DNA of 64,000 nt from Tubiluchus corallicola (lineage: Eukaryota; Animalia; Priapulida): positions 1,736,001 through 1,800,000 of the forward strand of contig JAQGDQ010000004.1 in the NCBI GenBank assembly GCA_030141605.1. The letters run 5' to 3'. The notes under the pieces are model-generated. The model was not told the origin of the DNA. It ran no database searches and saw nothing but the letters and a program-made list of their open reading frames with translations. Numbering within the stretch: the first letter of the stretch is position 1; every line of letters begins with the position of its first letter. The position numbers and the translations under genes are program-made. Positions 25,701 to 37,700 of this stretch are shown piece after piece.

Positions 25701-28700
25701 AGACTCGAACTCAAGACTGCATGGTGCAGAACTCGTAATGCATGGTTGCAGTTGAAAATCTAGACCACTGAGCCACCCACCCCACTCAACACGATCATCT
25801 ATAATATTCAAAATATTTTCTAGAAGTTGAGGCGGGGAGAAGTTGAATTCTGCGTAGTTTACTTTTATTGAGTACATACTTAACTACTGTTATTTAGTTA
25901 TTTAATATTTTAATGAGAAGATTTCCGTGTACAAACTTTGCAACCTTATAAGGCTGTGAAATTATTTACATTCGATAGTTACTATAAGAAAAATGAAAAA
26001 CCTGTAGTCGTAGACGTATGCTATCACTTTGATGATAATATTACAATTAATTGGAATTTACATCACTGTTTTAGTGGCATATCTAACAATTATTGTGACA
26101 GAAGCTGTCTTCTGTCGCTCCACTAACCTGTATTAAACACAGCTAGCATTGATACTTATTTTACTATTTTCAACAAGCAAGTGTATTGTTTGCAGCCTCT
26201 TCATCTCTACAGTTGCTAAGGAACGGACCAGCGTGTGTTCACTGTATCTTTGTAACACTTGTATAGCGTATACGCAGATTTTCTTTATCTCCGACATCTT
26301 TGAAGGATGCTGATCCGGGAACTAGGACATTGCCCGAATGAATGCTTGACCCCTGTGATTCCCTAAACTGGTCAAGTTGATGTAAGAAATTGGCCAATAC
26401 TCATCGAATTGGCCATCAGTCACTTCCTCAAAAGTACTGAATAGGAAAGATCCATGTTTCGAATTTCCACCCTATGTTACACTATATGTTACCCTACAAA
26501 AGCCATACAGTTGCAACTCACTTTACTGATTTATAATCAAGAGATTTTTCCTTGTTTTTAGATCCTCAAACAAATCTAAATACCCGTGTTTTTATAATTT
26601 ATATCATAATGTATTGTTAAAGAAAATTGTAAAAGAAAGTTTTAAAGATGAACTATTGAGTTAGAGAAAGGGTAACTTTGCCTGCCTTTTGAAGATCACA
26701 AAGTCTGAACCTACTTGTAGTTACTCGAATAAGGCAAGCTATTAATTTCGTGGAACACAACAGGGAGGCGGAGATCAGACAGACTTCTAGTCGACTGATT
26801 TATATGTGACGTGAGCTAGACTATAATATAAAGTTGATGTTTAATGACGTCATTTGTCATCATCTGCAACGTCTGGTGAAGATTGATCGACGAGTTTCCA
26901 ATAATGATCAAGTTTAAATGCGAAGCCCTGCGTAATCACTTTTTGAACCGTTTCAATAAGAGTTCTGCTAGTGGAAGTGCTGCTAGAGCTCATAGTGCGA
27001 ATGGTAACGTTACTTTTTTAAGAGTAGAAAAGGAGCGTTCGAAAGTATTTGACCATCCAGATTGTCACTTTTTTAAATACTTTTACAGACGTCCCAATTC
27101 TACAGTCCTTGGAACAATTTCGAAAGCTTGCGCTTCTAGGCTAATTTGTATATTTTACCATGTTTAAGTTCTCTGCTACATTGCAAAAACTTTTTATAGT
27201 TACAATTTAATTTACAGATACTGTAGTATTATGTAATCCCATTCAACATTTTGTGCAGGCAACCAAATAAAAATATTATTGAATTGAAATGACCCTGAAT
27301 AGTTGTAGTGATGTTACAATTTCAGTTTGATTTGCAGTTTTAATTCTTTTGGGAAATGGAAACATTGCCTGCCGTCAGAGTATGTGCTCGAAAATATCAA
27401 TAAAGATTTGATGTTGTATTGCAACTGAGCACGCCCTCAATTGCCCTGCGGTTTTTTTAACTAGTAACGTAATGGTGAACGTTAACATAACTAGTAACGT
27501 AATGATGAACGTTTGTAGCCGATTACAACTTTGCGCTTGTGCCGTGAGTGCTACGTTTATCTATGAGAGCAGATGTGCCTCAGATCAGAAACCTATAAAA
27601 TGACTTTTAAGTGGCCATTACAGCGTAAATGAATCAACCATTGACAAATGGAGTTTTATTTGGAATAGTCAGACGATAGTGTATTGAATTAGTATCTACC
27701 ACTATATCGCTCAGCGTCCTGTGTCCAGTGTCCTGCTAGGTCCAAAGCTGATTGAATCTTAGTCCAAAGAGAACTCTGAGACTACTGGTCGGTTTAAAAT
27801 AGCTGCAGCTACACTTGTTTTAATTTCTTTGTACTTTGCGCGACCTGAAGTCACAAGATTTTGGGTTTGAGTCCTCGCTGACCCACAGTTGTTCCGTGCC
27901 TTGCTTCAATTAATTTCACGATTAGGTCAGTTAGTGCAAAGAGTTCTGTTTCTTTTATTGTGTGAAAAATTATTCAGTGTAAGGAACCGTACTATACACT
28001 GTAAATGATTGCATTACCGATTGTGTTGCAGCGGTTGCCAAAATTATTTTTTGGTGTACGTCGGAATTATGCAAAACGTAATTTTATCTTGAAAATTAAG
28101 ACTAGAGTATCTCTGCCTTTCTGTTTTACATTTTTTGTGTTCACAGCTGCATATAGTCTAAAACGGCAGAATATCTGTATAAATATCTCGATTCTTAAAC
28201 ACATTTATCTTCTGCAGATGTCGCATCTCTTGTCATTTGGTTTAATGGTCAGCTGTGGCCTGTTGATGTGATAATTCGTCAGCTTGTTGATAGGTGACGC
28301 ATAAACACTACCACTCTTTGTGTACTCAAAAGCGAAGACGCCCCACCACTCCCCTTGTTGTGACTGTAAATTGTATTGGTCATTAATTATTTTCTGTCAA
28401 GCCTTTTCTAGCCTACTACACGGGTTAAGGAAGGCCGTCACTTCTGTATAACCCGCTTGAGTTTTAGTTTTCCAAGCTGAGTCGTGTATGACTCAGGCCT
28501 GCTCTGAGGGCTTTGTTAGAAAGTCTACTATTGCACCAAGTCCAGCTGAGTGACCCAGATCTAAGTGCATTGATATGTTATACAAATAAACCAATCAAAT
28601 ATTGACTAAATATATGAGAAAGTGAAAGCTATATTTTACTTCCGTGCCTAGATCCTGTTTGTTTATTTGTCAGCAAATTTATAGTATTGTCTCGGAGATC

Positions 28701-31700
28701 CAAAAATACTGTAGAACGCAGAAAAATTTTTTTTACTGCTATCACATTAACTAGGAAATGATAACCACGTGGATTCCGATCGTGCAGGCAGTGGTCGATT
28801 GTAATGCTGCTACTACTTTTCTGGGTCTCTTTGAAATGCTTTCAGACTTCAGTCTTTAATTTAAAAGTAGGCTAAGTTTTGGCGCACTTGGCGCTGTTCA
28901 TAACTGAAAAATTTTTGAGTAAATTTTATTCAACTTTTTATAAACACACTTGATTGTTCAAATTTGTGTTTAAACATCAGTTTTTTTGTTTTGCCATAAC
29001 TCCGGTCATAATAATATTATGCAGTATATATAATTAACGAACATAGTTTCTACGCAAGTTATTGTACTCTTGCTGTTCTTCACCTGATGAATTATTAATC
29101 TAGGCTGAACTTATAAACTACCAATTTATCATAACTTCTATAAGCCACTACAGTAATTAATGTATTCTATTCTTATTTAGTGCTGCAATGCCTGGATGAA
29201 TTATCAGAACAGTGACAGAAAGGAATTTGAAATTCCATGCTTCCAGACTGTAATGTCAGTAATTGTGAAATCAATGAGTATGGATCTCTAAGCTTACATG
29301 TATGAATTAAAATATTCTCACTAACAGTCTTGGTTCTTTTATCAGTAGTAATGGTGATTGATACTCTCAGTTCGATCAACTACAGGATTACTTGACTTGA
29401 CATGTAACCTGTGACTGTGCACAGCACTTTCATTCTGCCATCGCCTTGAAACAATCCCGTGTCATATAAGCACTTAAGTGATTTAATAGATGCCTATTAC
29501 ATGAGGTCATTAAATTTAACCCTTCGTTGCTTTCTTCTAAGCATGGCTGTTTTCCGTTCACACAGAAAGCTTTTAGGCAGCCTTCCTAAGTACCGTTAAC
29601 GTAGCATCTGGATACGTATGCGTTGTGGGGATGCGGAATAGATAAAATCGGTTTATATTATTTTCAATGCACCCGTGCATGCGTATGCGTTTATTCTTTT
29701 TCTGCTGCTATTCCTATTGATTTTTTCCGCATAAGGAGAACGCATCCGCATCCGGATGCTGGGTAAACGCCACTTTACTTGGATAATTTCTGTTCGAAGT
29801 CACGGCAGCCACTGAGTGATCTTTATAATTGCCCCTAAAAGGAACCAACAGTCGTGTACATGTATGAGTTTTATCTTTTTACGTCTGTCTGTAAACAGTC
29901 TCTAACTCGATTGCTATCGACTATACTTACTATATATTACTCAGGTCTGTAGGACTGTGATTTTGGAGATAATTGTCGTTAGTGTGGTCCATCCTTGGAC
30001 TAAATTTGTTTAAACGACTCGGCAAGAAGTCACGGAGTCATTTACAAAGATTTTATGTTCACCAAAATGATGTAAGATAGACAAGTCATTTGAATTGAGT
30101 GCTTGCTATTTATAAAGTTACATAGTTTGGTTGACATTTCAGATTCAAATTGACATGTTACATGAATTGTAGTTGCGGCTGCTTAGGCACACTGTTTGTG
30201 TTGTAAGTATATAGTGTTAAAGCTGCAAAAGATCGCGAATTGTCACGTAAGTATAAAGGAAAATTGTCTCACAGCCAGCCAACTATGATTAGTAAAACAA
30301 AACATTTTTGATAAATTAGAGTTAATAATTTCCATCTTTCACGTGGCTGTCATCTGGCCTTTGAACTTTTTATTCCTGTACTCATGTTAAGGGGAGCCTA
30401 ACGTCAGTAGCATTACGACTGTTAGCGTCAAGTATTTTTAAATTTTCATTTTTTAGGTATAGATAAACAAACAAGTAAACAGAATCTAGCATCCCTTTCT
30501 ATTCTCTTGTGTTTATAAATCGAAAACTTATTCTGTGCTTTTGCCATCGTATAAATACAGGTGTCTCCTCTTGTCAAACTGTGGGTTGACGTGATAATGA
30601 ATGATTTCATATAATAGAGCTGTAATTCCTCCGTCTGGTGAGTGACGAAAAATTGGAAAAATTGCTTTGTGTAATTAACATCAGGTATTGATTACGTTCA
30701 ATTTCACGATTAGTGGAAGAAAGTTAATTGAATTGGCTGTAGCATTGCATTTCGTGCGCAGAAAGTATATTCCCAGCTGACAACGCTTATCTGGTGCTGG
30801 AGAAGTGAGTAATTAATGAACATTAGAATTAATTAATTAGTAGTAACCTATCCTGTCTGCCACAAATTAATAATTAACAATTGTCAAATTTTGAGGGGAT
30901 TTTGCCTAAAACACAGTATTTTTTATAAGTTAATTAAAGTAAACTTACTAAATACTACTAACTTGCTTCTGTTGAAATATTGACGTTCTGTGGCAATGAA
31001 TATAACTAAAATCCATTTTTGCGTCTAGTACAGGTACGCCGAGTTTTACTAGCTCTCTATGGCAAAAAAACATTCGCGTTTGCTCGCCATCCCATGCACC
31101 ACCTTGCCGTGTACCGCGGCGCCGTGTACGGTTTCACTGTGTACTACCTTGCCATGTACCGCCGCACACAACAAGGTTAATGGTTAATCTTGCAACAAAA
31201 CTTTTCAATAATTTTCGACAACAACTAGCAAACAAAAGCTGTAATCATTTGTCGGGTCGACCGTCGTGCCTATAATGCGAGGTGAAAGTGCTGGCGACTT
31301 TCTCCAGCAAATGCTGAGATCTCCCTAATACTAGCGCTGCCCATATGGAGTTTTCAGTTAGCATGGTGATATTAATCTCAGTCTAGCTTCTGTAGATATG
31401 CTGTAGTCAATTAATTTGTCATTTGCCAGTTAACAGCTCCTCTGCTACTTTCTCCCCACAGTGGTTAATGTAAGAAGTCGCTAAATTAACAGATTAACAA
31501 ACTTAGTATCAAGGCATATGTTTAGTAATTTCATTGTGTGTGCAAGCTGACAAAAAGCTTTTATATGGCTGAATTTGTCCTCTTTGGTATGGAGGACATA
31601 TGGGACTTTCAAATGGGACTTTCTACTTAAACTCGTGGATTCTAGTGTGTAGCTCGTGAGAGGTAGTTCTGACTATATACAGTCGTGAGTTACTTTTATA

Positions 31701-34700
31701 TTAGTTTTTATTGTTGTAGTATTGCTGTATTGTTGTTGCTGTGAAACGTGGTACAGCTTTAACCCATTACTACTTGAATAATTGGACCATGTAAAATTTG
31801 AAGTTGAACTGGCGCGTTGTGTGCAGTAATGCTCCAGGTGTAGCTAAGTGAATAAGTCAAATATTTGTTTAAGAGAACTGAATGATGATGCGTCTAGGGC
31901 TCCAGGTGTATGGTATACAATACAATAGATTGTATGTGTGCATTACATATGTAGTATGCTACATAACATAGCTAAGTACCTGTTCGTCCTTTGCTAAGCC
32001 TTTAAATTAATTAGCAGACCAACTTTATCAATGCAGTACTTTGTCATACAACATACCATACTAAATTTTGTCGGTAGCATATAACATACCATACTAAATT
32101 TTGTCGGAGATTTTTATCTAATCACAAAGCCTATTTTTTATTTTTGTCTTCGTCACTTGGTATTGATATTCGTATGTGAATAGCTGCATATTTTTATACG
32201 CTCACGTTAGCTTTGCGAATCAAGTAGAACCCACGCGCTGATCTTTATTCACCATCATCATTTCGTTATGTTAGGTGTCCGGTTTTCCGCCTTTTAATTC
32301 TTGTTAACTGGCAAACGCAGAGAGCTAAAGTCATGAAACTTACAAGGTAGATACGATACCTGGGGTAGGAGCCTTGAAAATGGTGTGGTGAACGATGACC
32401 TCAGTCAAAAAGTCAAGGACACAGGACGTCGGTCAGTTTTTCGATTTTCGTTCATTTTTTTCATAAAATTTAAGTAACGTGGGGTAGATGTGCACCTGGG
32501 CTAGTAAAAGGCTGAGATTCTTTAAAAGTCCGATATAGGAGCTAAAATGATTCCTAAAATTATGGTAATTAAAGTCACGAAACTTGCAGGTGGAACAGCT
32601 GGAATAGCGGCTCAGGCAATGGTAAAACTGAGATTTTTTAAGTGAGGCCCAAGCACAATGGACATTAAATATAAACACAATCACGGCGTTACGCTCGCGG
32701 ATTTGGATCTGAATTCATTCGATCTTATTAATTCTGTAATGATAGGCTGCGCAAGAAGGATGGGCAATGAGCATATAAAAGTGCTTGCTTTCCTTGAAAT
32801 CGGTGATTCCGATTCCCAAGTACTAGTGAAATTTGTCGTTGCTGATCATTTCATTCGTTTCATACGTTTCATAATTTAGCATTGACAAACAAAGTGGAAA
32901 TTGCAGTTCGTGCAATAAACTTCAAAATTTTTACAATCATCGTGCATTAATTATAAAGTTTGTATTTTGTAGTAACACCAGCTGTTTCCAAAACGTTTTC
33001 ATGTTGTTTCCAAAATGCTTGCACTATGATCCACTGCATTCTTTATCCTCAGATGGGGGTATCAGCATGCGATTCAGAAACTGCGGTTTCCACAAAATAA
33101 TATCTGCAGTGATGAAGCCTTGTTGTTTATGTCGAAGCTATCATTACTATATCCACAAGCGTATAAACTTACTAACTGTGTTTATATACATTACAGTTAG
33201 TTTACGTTACACAGTCTGCACCCTGAAAAAACAAGTTTTAAATAAAATACGCATAAAAACTCGCTTACTCATAATCATGATAGTTGTCACGGATTCCCGT
33301 GGATGACTTCAGCTCTGTCGTTAGCCCTCAACTATAGCTGACCAAGGCCGACTAGCTTATTCTGTACAACTTGCGCAAACCTACTTAGTGATGCGCAGGT
33401 TGCGACTTTTACATGCAGATTAACATTGAATCAGTTATACCTGCAAAAGCTTGTCCTTTAACGATCTGAAGTTATAATTTTTTCCTCAACCCTGTTGGTA
33501 AGCCATCTGACGTTTGCGAACATTAAAGCAGCGTCATATGATCGGCCTAACTCGTTAAATTAATTTGTCCTTTTTTAAACTTAATCAAATAGTTATTTTT
33601 ATCTAACTTGCTAATACTTCTCGCGCTAACTAATAAAAACTTGAGCATTTTTCATAACAGTATTAGATGCCTGGCGCTACACAGCTGGAGCTGAATGTCC
33701 CGAAAGCACGGGGATTAAGTAACTGTGCAGGAGTGCGATACCTTGCAGGCTTATTGGGTAATTGACGAGAATGATTGACAATATGCTTAACGTCAATTAT
33801 GCTGTAGTTCTGGGCGTAACATATGGACAGTTAATTGGGTTTAACACAGAATCAAATCTTTTTCGAGCTGTCTAAAAGTTGTACCATTCTTTTGTTGATT
33901 TACTTTTTAACAATATTTTCGAACGTTCTGAACAGTTATTTATTATAACTCGAGCATGTAGCCGGAGCTTGCGCAAGCATACGAACTACAGGCTACAGTT
34001 ATTTTTGGTTTCAGTTTCGGCTGACGGTTGTGTTTGTTTGTGTTATCCATCGGAGGCGTCGGTTGCTACAAAAGTAAATCAACTCCGTTAATTAATGATA
34101 ATAATACGGATTGGTGTAGTTTGGCTGTGATAGCGCGGTTCGTTGCCGTCTGTGGTCATAATAGTGAGGGCGTCACAGAAAGTCACAATAGTTAGCCAAG
34201 TGGGATTGGCGGTCAAAGGACCCTTGGACTACGGATAAGCAGTCAAAGAATCACCTTCAACACTTTAAAAATGGTCAAAGGACCAGCTGTCGGGGGATGG
34301 ACCAAGGACTGGGGACAACTCGTCAAAGGACATCAGTGGATGTGCTGGCAGCAGCTTGAATGAAATTGCAACTTATGCTTGCCGGACACTGGACAAACGA
34401 CCACAGGTCAAAGGTCTAACGGACAAAGGACCACCACGGACAAATGAGCATCAGCCAACAAGCCACCTTCAACACTTTAAGAAAAAGGTCAATGTCACAC
34501 TTATCAAGGCTATTATATTATCAGTGTGACTGATAATTTTTGGAGATAAAAACGACTGAAAAACGTCTCATACCATTTTATTTTATTTTTATCTATAATT
34601 TATTTCGTACATTCAAAAAGTAGATGGCTTTAGCATAAAAACATAGTTTTGTAAAAGGTAATGCCTCGCCTAATTGTCGTCGCTGCGACATTACAGTCAA

Positions 34701-37700
34701 AACTTCACGCAGATGTGTCATTCTATAATAATATCGTATTAGCTGTATATATATTTAACATTGCATCATTAATGTGTCAACATATACATGTGTGTGTGTT
34801 CTTATAACTAAAGCAAAACTGTAGGTCAATACAATCTACTCTCTTAAAATATTGAAAGGAAATATACTATTTTTTCAAAAATGACTATGTGAAAGAATTA
34901 TTACCACACAAACACAATTTCACGATAGCCCCATTACTTCTTTGCTGTTACAGGCATTTTGCCATTCGTTACTTCTAATTGCTAATTTTTTTACTGGGTC
35001 CTTTGCCCTTTCATGTAAATCTTTGACCAGTGATCCTTTTTCTGGTGCTTCTTTAACTAATTGTCATATTTATCCGTAGTGGTCTGTTGGTGGTGGCCCT
35101 TTGACATACACCCAGGATCTGATGGGATGATTTTTACAAAACATAGTAGACTTGTGAGGAGATGCTAGGGAAGTAACTCCTCTACTGTTTAGAGCATCAG
35201 ACATGTAAACAGATGTGGCTTTACTGGTGCACACAGGAATTAATCGTTTAGTTTTGCTGAGGCAGACAACACCCAGACGTGTCTTTTTTTGTTTGTACTA
35301 TTTTATACCACGGCAGTGACTGAATCGTCTCTACTTGGTGGCTTCACTTTTTTGAGCTTTCATGAAAAGACACTGTACATCTCTGGATCTTCTCGCACAA
35401 ACTGAACAGACAGTATGAACCAGTTCGCTTCTAACTTTCTTTTCTTCCGTTCGTAATTAGCGAAATAAGTTTAGCCGGTTGATACGTTTAAACTAATATT
35501 TGTAATAACCACTGTTATGGCAATCAGTCACTGAGGAATGTGTGCTACCTCTTTTGCAAACCGTGTGAGAGACTGTTTTTAGCATCAACAGCAGTGTTCC
35601 TCTGTGTGGTCACTTACTAACTGAGAAAGAAAGTAGTTAACACAGCAAACGTTTCGCACGTAGAATTTGCAAAAAGCCAAACATTTGCTATACGTTTGTC
35701 AGAAGCAACCAGTGTGAAAAAAGCTGCTGCTCGCTCGTTTAGCTTCTCTCGCTTAGCTAAAAGTAAAATTTCGTTTGGTTTCGTGTTTCATGAGTGCACA
35801 TGATTATGATTCAACACTTCAACTCTTGTTAATGTTTATACATTGTCGTGATGGTCTAGGCCGCCTAGCTAGCACATGTATTGCGAACTGAGGGCTTCTT
35901 GCATTCGTGACGTTCAGTGAGTAGTTATTCGTAATGTCTGAACATACGTAAGCATCTGAATACAAGTCAGGCATCTCCCACTGAGTCCACTTCCACATGT
36001 ATCATCGGCTTCTTTTTCAGAAAGCTTGGTACGGGCGTGGCGCTTATGCACAATATGAATTGAGATTTTGCTAGAGATGAAATAATAAAAGTATAAAAGG
36101 AAACATTTAATTCTCGCGCTTGCCTCTTTCGTTAACTAATGATTGTCACGAGCAGCTTCTCGTTAGCACTTTTAAATATTGACAAATTTAAATAAATTTT
36201 GCGTGAGCAAATTACATGTAGAATTTTCGTCCGTAACAAGTTTAGAACAAATTTGCGCATTAATGCGAGCATTATTCTTGAACACGATATGTCTATATCT
36301 GGCTATCGAGTTTATGAATGGTAGCTTGTTTTGAAATACGGTGATGTATCAATTTCAATACTAGAGCTTTTAGTGTAAATCTTGAATGGGAGCATGGCCG
36401 CGGGCGTTTCATCTATTCATAGCGGACACCGGTTCAGCTTTGGGTTCAAGCTCGCATTTAAACATTGTCTCGATGGTACACTCTACTACTGTGCATCAGA
36501 TTTGGTATTTAATTTTCACTCATGATTTGTCTTGATGTAGTGATTTCACAAATGTTGTCAATTTTTGAAAACCGAAAGAAACAAAGTTTAAAATTTGGAT
36601 TCGAGCCAGGAACATACGGGTTACTAAAAACCAAGGGTTTTAATTTTTTGATTTCATTCTTGTGACTTCATATATGGTTATGTCTATGGTTATAGTTATA
36701 TTTATGATTTTGTTATAGTTCATATGTAAAGTTTTCGTTTAAAGAATCATTCTTAACATTCATTCTAAAAAGCAGTACACACCCAAAGAAAGAGATTCTC
36801 TCCATGTTTACATACATTGGTTTGAGTCATACTGTTACATGCACACTAGCATCAACGTAAAATTTTGAAATTGCAACCTACCTGTTATGTGATTTTTATG
36901 ATTTTTCATTAAAACTGTTGTCTGTGCCAGCGCAGGTGTGCACGTAGGCAACAATTCTGGCAGTAATGCTCGCAGTCATATTATTGGGATGCAGATAGTA
37001 CCAGTGCATATATTTCGATTTAAATTTTTCTCTTTGGAATCCGTAACCTCAGTAGTCTCAGGCTCTCAAACTTGCGCGATTTTGGGTGTGCTTACGCACA
37101 CTTTAAACTGTTCTGTATTAGAGCCCATTCTATGTCGTGAATACTCCTTAGACAAAGACGTTACAATGGCTTCTATCCCTTGCTGAATCCATCGAAATAG
37201 AACACGAGCCTTTGGCTGAACCACCCTGAATTCTTTGGAAAATTGTAGCATCTGTTTTCTTTTTCTAAATTTTAAGGCCGTTGTGCATTTCAGATCCACC
37301 CGAGAACGGAAACTGTTACATCTGCTTGAGATTAAGGGATCATGCACTCACCATCTTCTGTTGACCAATAACCTCCTAAGTAGCTTCCTTTAATTCCTGT
37401 TTGTATCTAGTAACTAACAAACACTGAGCTTAGAGTGAGACTATCGAATGAGACGACCAATTGCACTTAGAATATATTAGCCTGCGTTTATTGCATACCT
37501 TCGCTTATTGTATCTTGCCCATAGTGAAAGTTGTACGTTGGAATAAATCAATACAGTACAAAGAAGATTATGTTAAAAGTTTTATTCATTTAAGTGTCTG
37601 GTTTTGTTTTAGTTTTTCCAGTATTGAAATCCCCATAATCATAAGCCTTGTTCTCCTTGAGGCTGAGTGAATCCCTCGAGCACAACAGGTCGATTAAAAT

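Noticed and set aside
25691-25781. tRNA gene
   Set aside because: A and B boxes are present but there is no acceptor stem or cloverleaf; called a SINE head.
32050-32107. CRISPR-like repeat-spacer pattern
   Set aside because: Only two copies with an 8-nt gap in eukaryotic DNA; a simple local duplication.
36750-36775. Second TTCTTAAC followed by AG inside the U12 intron (alternative minor 3' site)
   Set aside because: About one such octamer is expected by chance in 21 kb of AT-rich DNA, and the downstream frame stops without homology.
26883-37347. Nested gene in the giant intron (ORFs at 26883, 32658, 33001, 36938, 37066)
   Set aside because: No recognisable family, no consistent exon chain, and stops in the most protein-like frames; probably decayed mobile-element sequence or chance. 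BLASTx and RNA-seq would settle it.
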